IMG/VR virus record: IMGVR_UViG_3300036770_003925
Coordinates: 231 to 64,230 of that record
Source: a virus
Lineage: Duplodnaviria > Caudoviricetes
DNA length: 64,000 nt
Direction: 5' to 3' (one strand)
Shown: piece after piece, positions 56,594 through 64,000 of the stretch
Layout of the letters: the number at the start of each line of letters is the position of its first letter
How positions within the stretch are numbered: position 1 is the first letter of the stretch
Program-made: the position numbers and the translations under genes
Notes under the pieces: generated by a model
The model's database searches: none
Seen by the model: the letters and a program-made list of their open reading frames with translations, nothing else
What the model was told of the DNA's origin: nothing

Positions 56594-58798
56594 ATGAATG
56601 ATATTGAAAACACCTCTAATAATAAACATTTAAGTGAAATTATTAGTGAGATGATGATTAATCCTAATCGCCGTAATTTCTTAAAAGGAAGTTCGGCTTT
56701 TTTAACGGCGGCGACAGGGGCAACTTTAGCAGGCTGTGCTAGTAGTGATGATGATCTACTACCAACACCTAGCACACTGAGTTTCGAAGCAGTTCCAAAG
56801 AACACCTTTGACAAGGTTACATTGCCCCCGGGTTATCAATTCACAGTGCTACATGGCACAGGAGATAGGCTAGTCAGTACTATCCCTGCCTATTCAAACA
56901 AGGGCGTGGAGACAGATGATTGGAGTCAGCGAGTAGGTGACCACCACGATGGCATTGAATTATTTCATATTGATGCCAATGGTAAGTATACTACACAGAT
57001 GACTGGTCGTGCTGTGTTGGCAATGAATCACGAAAGTTCAGCAGACGCACATTTTTTCCATCCCCATGGGCAAACCAGTAACGGTCAAAATGGTAAAAAG
57101 TTTGATCAGTTTGGTCAATGGGATTTGGGTGTTCGTCCCGGATTAGAAGTATTAAAAGAAATCAATCACCACGGTGTCAGTCTCGTGGAGATTAACAAGG
57201 GTAGCACAGGTTGGACATACAAGGTAGATAGCGGATTAAATAGAAGGGTTACGGCACAAACTCCCGTGCGAATCAGCGGACCGGCCGCAGACATGGCTAA
57301 CATAAAAGGTTTAATGTCTACCAAATTTGATCCAACAGGTGCTACTGCTCGAGGCACATTAAACAACTGCGGCACAGGGTCTACACCTTGGGGCACCATG
57401 TTGACCTGTGAAGAAAACTGGGCTGTATATACTCATATGCCCAAAGGCAGCAATCCAGTAGATGCCAGACTGGTTCAAACTCGCAAGCGTTATGGCGTAG
57501 CAGCAGAACCACTATCCGGTAGTGCCACAGCCAGCACCAGTCAAGGATGGCATACTCCTTCAGACCTACCCGACACAGGCCTGCGTTTTAGTCGCTGGGA
57601 TACCAGTGCTCGTGGAGCCACAGCACATGAAGACTTTCGCAATGAACCACATACTTTTGGTTACAATGTAGAAATTGATCCTCTCAATCCCAATGCTCAA
57701 CCAGCCAAGCGTGTGGCCATGGGTCGTTTCGCACACGAAGCCGCTGTATATGGTAAACTAGAAGCAGGTAAGCCTGTGGTGTTTTACATGGGCTGCGATA
57801 GTCGTAATGAGTATATCTATAAGTTTGTCAGTGCTCAACCTTGGAACCCTGCTGATGTAGGCGGCGGTATGGCTGCTGGTGACAAATATCTCAACGAAGG
57901 TAAATTGTATGTGGCCAAGTTTAACAATGATGGAACAGGCACATGGATTGAATTGAGTATTGCCAATCCTGCTATTGCCAACTATGCCACATTCAAATTT
58001 AATAATCAAGCAGAAATATTTGTATTCACTCGCATAGCCGCTGATGCTGTAGGTGCTACCAAGATGGATCGTCCAGAGTGGGGTGCTGTAAATCCTGCCA
58101 ATGGCGAAATCTATTTTGCCCTGACCAACAACTCAGCCAGCAATCGCACTCCAATGACCACAGATGGTGCCAATCCAAGAAGTTATGCTGATCCTGATGG
58201 CAACAAGCGCACAGGCAATCCCAATGGACATATCATTCGTTGGCGTGAGACTGCTACAGGATTTCAATGGGATATCTTCTTGTTTGGTTCAGAAGAGGAC
58301 AATGCTTCCAGTAACATTTCAAAACTCACTGCCAAGAATTCGTTTAGTAGCCCAGACGGATTGTGGTTTAGCAAGGCCACAGGTCTTTGCTGGATACAGA
58401 CAGATGATGGTGCGTTTACAGATGAAGTACATAATCAACTGTTAGTAGCCATTCCTGGTCGGGTAGGAGATGGTGGGGCTCGAACCATTACCAATACACT
58501 AAGCGGTGCTACTAAAGATCAGGCCACATTTGTGGGTGCTGAATTAGGTGAGACCAAACTGCGTAGGTTCTTAACTGGCCCAGCAGGTTGTGAAATTACT
58601 GGTATTGCTGAGTCAGCAGATGGACGCACTATATTTGTCAATGTTCAGCATCCAGGCGAGGACACAGAAGCCACTTTCTGGAAAGGATCTGCTCCACAAA
58701 GTCAATGGCCAGCCAATCAAGGCTATGGATCACAAGGTCGTCCGCGTTCAGCCACTTTGGTAATCACCAAGGTTGACGGCGGACTAATAGGCGTATAA
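56594..58798 (+). CDS. phoX: PhoX alkaline phosphatase (Tat-exported lipoprotein)
   Basis: NRRNFLK Tat motif and LAGC lipobox; HHDG, NHE, NNC...TPWGT-x-LTCEEN, GRFAHE, MDRPE, SPDGL, CEITG, NVQHPG. Confidence 0.93.
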   Translation: MNDIENTSNNKHLSEIISEMMINPNRRNFLKGSSAFLTAATGATLAGCASSDDDLLPTPSTLSFEAVPKNTFDKVTLPPGYQFTVLHGTGDRLVSTIPAYSNKGVETDDWSQRVGDHHDGIELFHIDANGKYTTQMTGRAVLAMNHESSADAHFFHPHGQTSNGQNGKKFDQFGQWDLGVRPGLEVLKEINHHGVSLVEINKGSTGWTYKVDSGLNRRVTAQTPVRISGPAADMANIKGLMSTKFDPTGATARGTLNNCGTGSTPWGTMLTCEENWAVYTHMPKGSNPVDARLVQTRKRYGVAAEPLSGSATASTSQGWHTPSDLPDTGLRFSRWDTSARGATAHEDFRNEPHTFGYNVEIDPLNPNAQPAKRVAMGRFAHEAAVYGKLEAGKPVVFYMGCDSRNEYIYKFVSAQPWNPADVGGGMAAGDKYLNEGKLYVAKFNNDGTGTWIELSIANPAIANYATFKFNNQAEIFVFTRIAADAVGATKMDRPEWGAVNPANGEIYFALTNNSASNRTPMTTDGANPRSYADPDGNKRTGNPNGHIIRWRETATGFQWDIFLFGSEEDNASSNISKLTAKNSFSSPDGLWFSKATGLCWIQTDDGAFTDEVHNQLLVAIPGRVGDGGARTITNTLSGATKDQATFVGAELGETKLRRFLTGPAGCEITGIAESADGRTIFVNVQHPGEDTEATFWKGSAPQSQWPANQGYGSQGRPRSATLVITKVDGGLIGV

Positions 58799-58834
58799 AA
58801 TATAAACAGTACAATTTGAAATTAAAGGAAAATT

Positions 58835-59842
58835 ATGAAAAAATTATTATTAACATTAGCAACATCATTTTTTGCTTTTACAGCACAGGCAGCAGAGATT
58901 ACAGGGGCAGGGGCAACCTTTCCCTATCCTATCTATGCTAAGTGGGCTGAAGCATATAACAAAGCAACAGGTAATACTCTAAACTATCAAAGTATTGGTA
59001 GTTCAGGTGGTATTCGCCAAATCAACAACAAAACGGTGTCATTCGGGGCAAGTGATGCTCCAGTAAAAGGAGAAGACCTTGACAAATTGGGACAAGTTCA
59101 ATTCCCTGCTATCATCGGTGGTACTGTACCTGTTATCAATCTTGATGGTTTTAAGCCAGGTGAACTTCGTATCACAGGACCTGTTATGGCAGAAATGTTT
59201 ATGGGTAATATAACTAAATGGAATGATCCAAAATTTGCAGCCCTTAACCCAGGTAAAAAGTTACCCGATATGAATATCACTGTGGTTCATCGTGCTGATG
59301 GTTCTGGCACCACATTTAACTGGACTGACTACCTTACTGTGATCAGCCCAGAGTGGGAAAAGCGTGTGGGTCGTGGTGCTGCTGTAAAATGGCCTGCTAC
59401 CAGTTCAGTAGGAGGAAAAGGTAACGAAGGTGTTGCTGCCAATGTAAATAGAATTAAAGGCAGCATAGGTTATGTAGAATATGCATATGTTAAAAAGAAT
59501 TTGATGAATTATATGCTGTTACAGAACCTGGCTGGTAACTTTGTTGCCCCTGATGATACAACTTTCGCAGCGGCCGCAGCGGGAGCAGATTGGTTCTCAG
59601 TTCCAGGAATGGGCTTGAGTATTGTAAATCAGGGCGGCAAAGATACTTGGCCTGTTACAACAGCAAGTTTTATTATTATGTATAAAGAACCTGCAGACAA
59701 AAAAGCTAGTCAAGAAGTCATCAAGTTTTTTGACTGGGCATTCAAGAACGGCAAGAAACTTAGTGAGGAACTCGATTATGTTCATTTACCAGACAAATTA
59801 CAAAATGATATCCGTAGTAAAGTTTGGAATCAAATTAAGTAA
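58835..59842 (+). CDS. pstS: phosphate ABC transporter periplasmic binding protein
   Basis: GAGATFPYP, YQSIGSSGG, FGASD, HRADGSGTT, GKGNEGVA. Confidence 0.95.
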   Translation: MKKLLLTLATSFFAFTAQAAEITGAGATFPYPIYAKWAEAYNKATGNTLNYQSIGSSGGIRQINNKTVSFGASDAPVKGEDLDKLGQVQFPAIIGGTVPVINLDGFKPGELRITGPVMAEMFMGNITKWNDPKFAALNPGKKLPDMNITVVHRADGSGTTFNWTDYLTVISPEWEKRVGRGAAVKWPATSSVGGKGNEGVAANVNRIKGSIGYVEYAYVKKNLMNYMLLQNLAGNFVAPDDTTFAAAAAGADWFSVPGMGLSIVNQGGKDTWPVTTASFIIMYKEPADKKASQEVIKFFDWAFKNGKKLSEELDYVHLPDKLQNDIRSKVWNQIK

Positions 59843-59876
59843 TTGTCATAAAATTGTAGTAATAAAAAATTGATAT
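59843..59876 (+). promoter_or_regulatory. second Pho box promoter, upstream of the plcP-agt operon
   Basis: TTGTCAT-AAAA-TTGTAGT, 10 nt before TGATAT. Confidence 0.6.
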
Positions 59877-59923
59877 CCTTGTAAATAGTGTTGAGAGTCA
59901 CAAGCTCTCAATACTAACAAGGA
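59876..59923 (+). promoter_or_regulatory. long hairpin containing GTAAATA on the 5' arm and the SD on the 3' arm
   Basis: tccttgt-aaa-tagtgttgagag-tcacaag-ctctcaatacta-acaagga. Confidence 0.6.
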
Positions 59924-59931
59924 GTCACAAA

Positions 59932-60147
59932 ATGAAACTTGAAATGCGTGCCTGGGATCTAGATGTCAAATTGGAATTAGAAGATGATGACAGTCTAGAC
60001 CAATTACAGGTTTTGGATACAGTAAAGAATTTACTTGAAACATTAGCACAGTATGAAAAGGTTGATATAACAATTAAACAATTATATACTGAAGAAAATG
60101 TTCAAGACCGTCATATTGAAGATGACGATCACGATATAATGGCTTAA
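59932..60147 (+). CDS. small acidic hypothetical protein
   Basis: SD AAGGAG. Confidence 0.6.
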   Translation: MKLEMRAWDLDVKLELEDDDSLDQLQVLDTVKNLLETLAQYEKVDITIKQLYTEENVQDRHIEDDDHDIMA

Positions 60148-60170
60148 GTAGTACAGGTTCTCCTAATGAA

Positions 60171-60953
60171 ATGGTTTATAACGCTATCTTTATATCAGAT
60201 GTACATTTGGGCACGAAGGGATGTAAGGCAGAACTTTTATCAAATTTTCTAAAACATAATTCTTCAACAAAGTTATATCTTATAGGTGATATAATAGACG
60301 GCTGGAAGATACAACAAAATAAATGGGTCTGGAAACAGACCCATTCCAATGTAATACGCAGGATATTAGGTCTTGCTAAACGGGGCACAGAAGTAGTGTA
60401 TGTATTAGGTAATCATGATGAGTTCATCAGACCATTATTACCCTACAACATAAATTTTGGTAAAATCAAAATAGCAAATCAATATACCCATAGTGGTATT
60501 GATGGCAAGAAATATTTAGTGGTACACGGAGATTTATTTGATGGAATAACAAGATTAGCTCCATGGATAAGTTTTTTTGGAGATAAAGCATATGATGTTC
60601 TTTTATCACTTAATACCCAGTTTAATCGTATTCGTCACCGTTTTGGCTTCGGCTATTGGAGTCTTAGTCAATATCTTAAGCACAGAGTTAAACGGGCTAT
60701 GGATTTCATTTTTAGATTTGAGAATAATTTGGCTGATTATTGTATTAAGCGTGGGTTTGACGGAGTTATATGTGGTCATATACATCATGCTGAAATCAAA
60801 ACAATTAAAGGTATACGATATATGAACGATGGAGATTGGGTAGAAAGTTGTACAGCATTAGTAGAACACACAGATGGTAGTTGGGAAATAATTTATTGGA
60901 CAAAGGAATTGTTAGATGTGGATATTGTTTCTAATAGTGGTCAACATATATGA
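60171..60953 (+). CDS. plcP: PlcP-type phospholipase C (LpxH2-like metallophosphoesterase)
   Basis: FISDVHLGT-x-GC-x-AE, GDIIDGW, GNHDE, HGD-x-FD, CGHIH, NDGDWVESCTALVE; GNHD rather than the GNRD of LpxH; next to a GT4 and within a Pho island. Confidence 0.8.
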   Translation: MVYNAIFISDVHLGTKGCKAELLSNFLKHNSSTKLYLIGDIIDGWKIQQNKWVWKQTHSNVIRRILGLAKRGTEVVYVLGNHDEFIRPLLPYNINFGKIKIANQYTHSGIDGKKYLVVHGDLFDGITRLAPWISFFGDKAYDVLLSLNTQFNRIRHRFGFGYWSLSQYLKHRVKRAMDFIFRFENNLADYCIKRGFDGVICGHIHHAEIKTIKGIRYMNDGDWVESCTALVEHTDGSWEIIYWTKELLDVDIVSNSGQHI

Positions 60954-61119
60954 CCCAACTGACATTCCTGGAAGAATACAACTACAATTTAAAGATGAAG
61001 TTACTTGTAGTGTAGCGTTACAAAACATGAATTATTGGGTTAAGTTTTCTTGGTTTAAAGTAGAGGGTAAATGTGAAAAAAATACTGATAGTAACAGACA
61101 ATATACGAGACCAAATTAA
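60916..61119 (+). CDS. small membrane/secreted hypothetical protein
   Basis: Hydrophobic N-terminus, two Cys; overlaps both neighbours. Confidence 0.4.
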   Translation: MWILFLIVVNIYDPTDIPGRIQLQFKDEVTCSVALQNMNYWVKFSWFKVEGKCEKNTDSNRQYTRPN

Positions 61120-62065
61120 TGGAGTGGTCACAACATACAAAAATTTGGAGGCGTATGCGCTTCGGGATGGTTATACTTTTGTTTATATTACTCCCGATGA
61201 GTTCCGCTACTTTGATTGCCCTATCTATAACGAAGTCAAGATTGCCTATCCAAAGAAAATGGGCGAGAAGATTGAGGAGATCAATCCACATCATATCCAC
61301 ATCGCCACAGAGGGTCCTGTGGGTTTGTGGGCTAGAAAATATCTTACAAAATCTCATACTAGGTATAATACTGCTTACCATACTAAATTTCCTGAAGGAT
61401 TGGAAACCCTTTTGGGAATTCCTGAGTCCATTACTTGGCGCTACATAAAGTGGTTTCATAAACATACGGGAAGAGTATTAACTACTACTCCAAGTATGGT
61501 TGAACAACTTAGACAAAAGGGTATAAAAAACCTTGTTTCTTGGACTAGAGGGGTTGACAGAACTATTTTTTCTAGTAAACTACGCAATAAGTCATCAGAA
61601 AAACTAAATCTTGTTTGTGTAAGTCGTGTTAGTAAAGAAAAAAATTTAGATGATTTTTGTAGTCTTAAATATTTTCATGCACATAAAATTTTAGTTGGTG
61701 ACGGTCCTTATCGTAAAGAACTTGAAAGTAAATATCCTGATGTTGAATTTGTTGGGTTTAAAACAGGAACTGAATTGGCAAGTTATTTTGCTAATGCAGA
61801 TGTATTTGTTTTTCCAAGTCGTTGGGAAACTTTTGGAATAGTTATGATAGAAGCAATGGCATGTGGTACACCAGTAGCTGCCTATCCATGTCAAGGCCCA
61901 ATTGATGTAGTAGACCATGGCGTAACAGGATTTTTAAGAGATAATTTAAAACAGGCAATAACTGAATGCCTTACATTAGATAGATACGATGTTGAAATTG
62001 GTAGTAAGAAGTATGATTGGGAAAATGCTTGGCAAATATTCAAAAAGAATTTATTAGAGGTATAA
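61073..62065 (+). CDS. agt: GT4 glycosyltransferase, Agt-like diacylglycerol glycosyltransferase
   Basis: IVTD...QINGVV, ATEGPVG, YHTKFPE, RVSKEKN, VFPSRWETFGIVMIEAMACGTPV. Confidence 0.75.
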   Translation: MKKILIVTDNIRDQINGVVTTYKNLEAYALRDGYTFVYITPDEFRYFDCPIYNEVKIAYPKKMGEKIEEINPHHIHIATEGPVGLWARKYLTKSHTRYNTAYHTKFPEGLETLLGIPESITWRYIKWFHKHTGRVLTTTPSMVEQLRQKGIKNLVSWTRGVDRTIFSSKLRNKSSEKLNLVCVSRVSKEKNLDDFCSLKYFHAHKILVGDGPYRKELESKYPDVEFVGFKTGTELASYFANADVFVFPSRWETFGIVMIEAMACGTPVAAYPCQGPIDVVDHGVTGFLRDNLKQAITECLTLDRYDVEIGSKKYDWENAWQIFKKNLLEV

Positions 62066-62066
62066 A

Positions 62067-62285
62067 ATGGGTGATTCGGCGGGTGGGTTTTTAGGAGTCT
62101 TTGAGCAAAGAGTAGGACAGTTACGAAAAAGACTCAAAGATGAATTAGAAAAAGATAAACCTATCCGCTGTCGCAGAACGCTTAAGAAAATAATTAGAGA
62201 AATTAAAGAATGGGAAGATGTACTACATCAACATCGTAAAGATTCGAAAAGATGCCCACATTGTGGTGAAAAATTAGATTTTTAA
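62067..62285 (+). CDS. small coiled-coil protein with terminal CPHC
   Basis: ORF; CxxC. Confidence 0.5.
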   Translation: MGDSAGGFLGVFEQRVGQLRKRLKDELEKDKPIRCRRTLKKIIREIKEWEDVLHQHRKDSKRCPHCGEKLDF

Positions 62286-62357
62286 ACCACAACACTTGCT
62301 AAATAGCAATGAACATGATATAGTTCTAGACAGACTTACAACACACAAGGAGAAAAT

Positions 62358-62951
62358 ATGAAGACAGTAGGACACACAATTGAGCCTTTCGCAATGACAG
62401 GCGTAAAACCAGGAGCATTAACACCAGACAATGCTTTTGAAACAATCACAGAAAAAAGTTTTGAAGGTAAATGGAAAGTAATCGTTTACTATCCCAAAGA
62501 TTTTACATTCGTTTGCCCCACAGAAATTGTAGCGTACGATAAACTTAATAATGATTTTGCAGACCGTGATGCTGTATTACTAATTGGTAGTACTGATAAT
62601 GAATTCTGTAAATTAGCTTGGCGTAACGCACACGAAGATTTGAAGAAAACAAATAGTTGGATGTTTGCTGATACTGCCCGTGAAGCGGATGAGCGTTGGA
62701 ATAACGACAAATCAACCTATGACAAACACCAACATGAAGGACTTGCTCAACAACTTGGTATTTTTTATAAACCAGCTGGAGCAGCACTAAGAGCAACATT
62801 TATCATTGATCCAAACAATGTTATTCAACATGTTACAGTGAACAATTTGGATGTTGGTCGTAACCCAGATGAAACACTGCGTATACTAGACGCATTACAA
62901 ACTGGTGAATTATGTCCATGTAGTCGTCCAATTGGTGGCGAGACTCTGTAA
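62358..62951 (+). CDS. ahpC: peroxiredoxin AhpC
   Basis: YPKDFTFVCPTE, ALRATFIIDP, GRN-x-DE-x-LR, LCPC. Confidence 0.93.
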   Translation: MKTVGHTIEPFAMTGVKPGALTPDNAFETITEKSFEGKWKVIVYYPKDFTFVCPTEIVAYDKLNNDFADRDAVLLIGSTDNEFCKLAWRNAHEDLKKTNSWMFADTAREADERWNNDKSTYDKHQHEGLAQQLGIFYKPAGAALRATFIIDPNNVIQHVTVNNLDVGRNPDETLRILDALQTGELCPCSRPIGGETL

Positions 62952-63040
62952 TGAAAGTTTGGCTGTTAATAATAATAACCTTATTTTTAACAGCCGTAAT
63001 AGCAATAACAATAGTAGAACATTTTAAAGAAAAAAAATGA
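62951..63040 (+). CDS. 29-aa single-TM peptide (MKVWLLIIITLFLTAVIAITIVEHFKEKK), not in ORF track
   Basis: Start overlaps the ahpC stop (TAATG); stop overlaps the ahpD start (ATGA). Confidence 0.5.
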   Translation: MKVWLLIIITLFLTAVIAITIVEHFKEKK

Positions 63041-63552
63041 ATTGGATTGAACAAATCAAGCAAAGTATTCCTGATCATTGTAAAGATAACAGATTAAATC
63101 TTGACAGTGTTATGAATCGTAGTGGGTTAGATGAAGTTGATGCACATGCTTGTGCGTTGGCAGCAGCAATTGCAGCAGGTAATGGTGAGTTAGCGTTTGA
63201 TATTCAAATGAATGGCCCACTAAAAGGTACAGTAGAACGTGAAGCTGCAAAAACGGCAGCAGCATTAATGGGTATTAATAATGTATTTTATCCATTTGTT
63301 GAAATGTGTAATGATCCTGATTTAAAAGGGTTACCACCTGGATTACGTATGAATGCATATGCTAATCATGGAGGTGTTACAAAGAAACAGTTTGAGATGT
63401 ATGCGTTAGCAGCAAGTATTGTTGGTAAGTGCCATTTTTGTGTTAAAAATCATTATGACACATTGAAAAAAGAAGGGCTCACTGTACAGCAATTACAGGC
63501 AATTGGTAAGATTGCCAGTGTAATTGCTAGTATTAATAAAATTGCTATTTAG
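63037..63552 (+). CDS. ahpD: alkylhydroperoxidase AhpD
   Basis: D-x-RLNL, AAALM-x-x-NN, FEMYALAAS-x-x-GKCHFC-x-x-x-H. Confidence 0.9.
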   Translation: MNWIEQIKQSIPDHCKDNRLNLDSVMNRSGLDEVDAHACALAAAIAAGNGELAFDIQMNGPLKGTVEREAAKTAAALMGINNVFYPFVEMCNDPDLKGLPPGLRMNAYANHGGVTKKQFEMYALAASIVGKCHFCVKNHYDTLKKEGLTVQQLQAIGKIASVIASINKIAI

Positions 63553-63998
63553 ATAATCCACCATTTTCCTGCACGGAAAACACAGCTTACACTTTGATAG
63601 GGGACGCCAATTACATAATTGATTTTCCCATCAATAAGTTCTGTAGCTTGTGGTTGTATAGTTATTTTACCACTACCTTGTCCATACTCATCTTTAATAG
63701 TATAGACACGACCTGCTATACCAAGTGGTAGTGTTATAGTAACAGCATTGGCTGAAAACACTCCGATATATTCATCAGTGACACTTGCTGTATAGTTTGA
63801 TGTAACTCCTACAACATTAATCAAGTCAAACCCAAATGAACTAATCGTAATATTACCTGTGTTACCGCTTAAATTAATACCAGTTCCTGCATTAATGTAA
63901 GTTACACCTGTATTAGTTACAGTAAAGCTTGCACTGTAACCATTTGAAACAAGGTTAGATACATTTATACCTGTTCCTGCACTTGGTGTTACACTAGT
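63549..63998 (-). CDS. C-terminal part of a fibre-like structural protein, truncated by window end
   Basis: Frame open to the edge; AGTGI repeats; ITLP...G-x-x-Y-x-IKDE-x-G...IDG C-terminal domain. Confidence 0.65.
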   Translation of the reverse strand, partial: TSVTPSAGTGINVSNLVSNGYSASFTVTNTGVTYINAGTGINLSGNTGNITISSFGFDLINVVGVTSNYTASVTDEYIGVFSANAVTITLPLGIAGRVYTIKDEYGQGSGKITIQPQATELIDGKINYVIGVPYQSVSCVFRAGKWWII

Positions 63999-64000
63999 TA

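Noticed and set aside
60171-60953. LpxH lipid A biosynthesis enzyme
   Set aside because: GNHD motif, adjacent GT4 and Pho-box context fit PlcP better.
56594-63552. Host chromosomal contamination or prophage boundary
   Set aside because: Host-like genes are interleaved with small phage-type ORFs and TAAATA motifs, lack the rest of the pst operon, and are followed by a phage fibre gene.
1-64000. Alternative genetic code, introns or inteins
   Set aside because: Known genes (terminase, UvsX, TS, PhoX, PstS) are full length and uninterrupted in the standard code; TAA, TAG and TGA all terminate genes.

Overview
AT-rich, densely coding segment of a large T4-like (myovirus-type) dsDNA phage genome. 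It has gp17-like terminase, gp32 SSB, UvsX/UvsY, DHFR/TS, baseplate/tail genes and T4-style TAAATA late promoters. The porin, PstS, PhoX and AhpC/AhpD genes suggest an aquatic proteobacterial host, most likely a betaproteobacterium (inference). In order the window holds: (1) baseplate/tail-fibre genes (1-4.2 kb); (2) a ~25 kb modification cluster of glycosyltransferases, five radical-SAM enzymes, SGNH-like proteins, an NDP-sugar C-methyltransferase and epimerase, a carbamoyltransferase and an 1883-aa protein with 17 tandem ~66-aa repeats; (3) a circularly permuted (two-piece) tmRNA gene with a long ORF-bearing intervening segment, then DUF4214-like and porin genes; (4) a 1220-aa nucleotidyltransferase/HAD nucleotidase/double-kinase protein; (5) an early region with six near-consensus sigma70 promoters and a MoxR-ATPase/VWA pair; (6) nucleotide metabolism, spanins, terminase and recombination genes; (7) a Pho-box-preceded phosphate island phoX-pstS-plcP-agt, then ahpC-ahpD. 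The strongest leads are a putative capsid-targeted, prohead-protease-processed enzyme polyprotein system (with four M-[RK]-x-x-E-F-I-x-E proteins across the window), phage-encoded phospholipid remodelling (PlcP/Agt), the two-piece tmRNA, and late-promoter-coupled hairpins that sequester translation starts. All calls come from motif reading only; no database searches were run.
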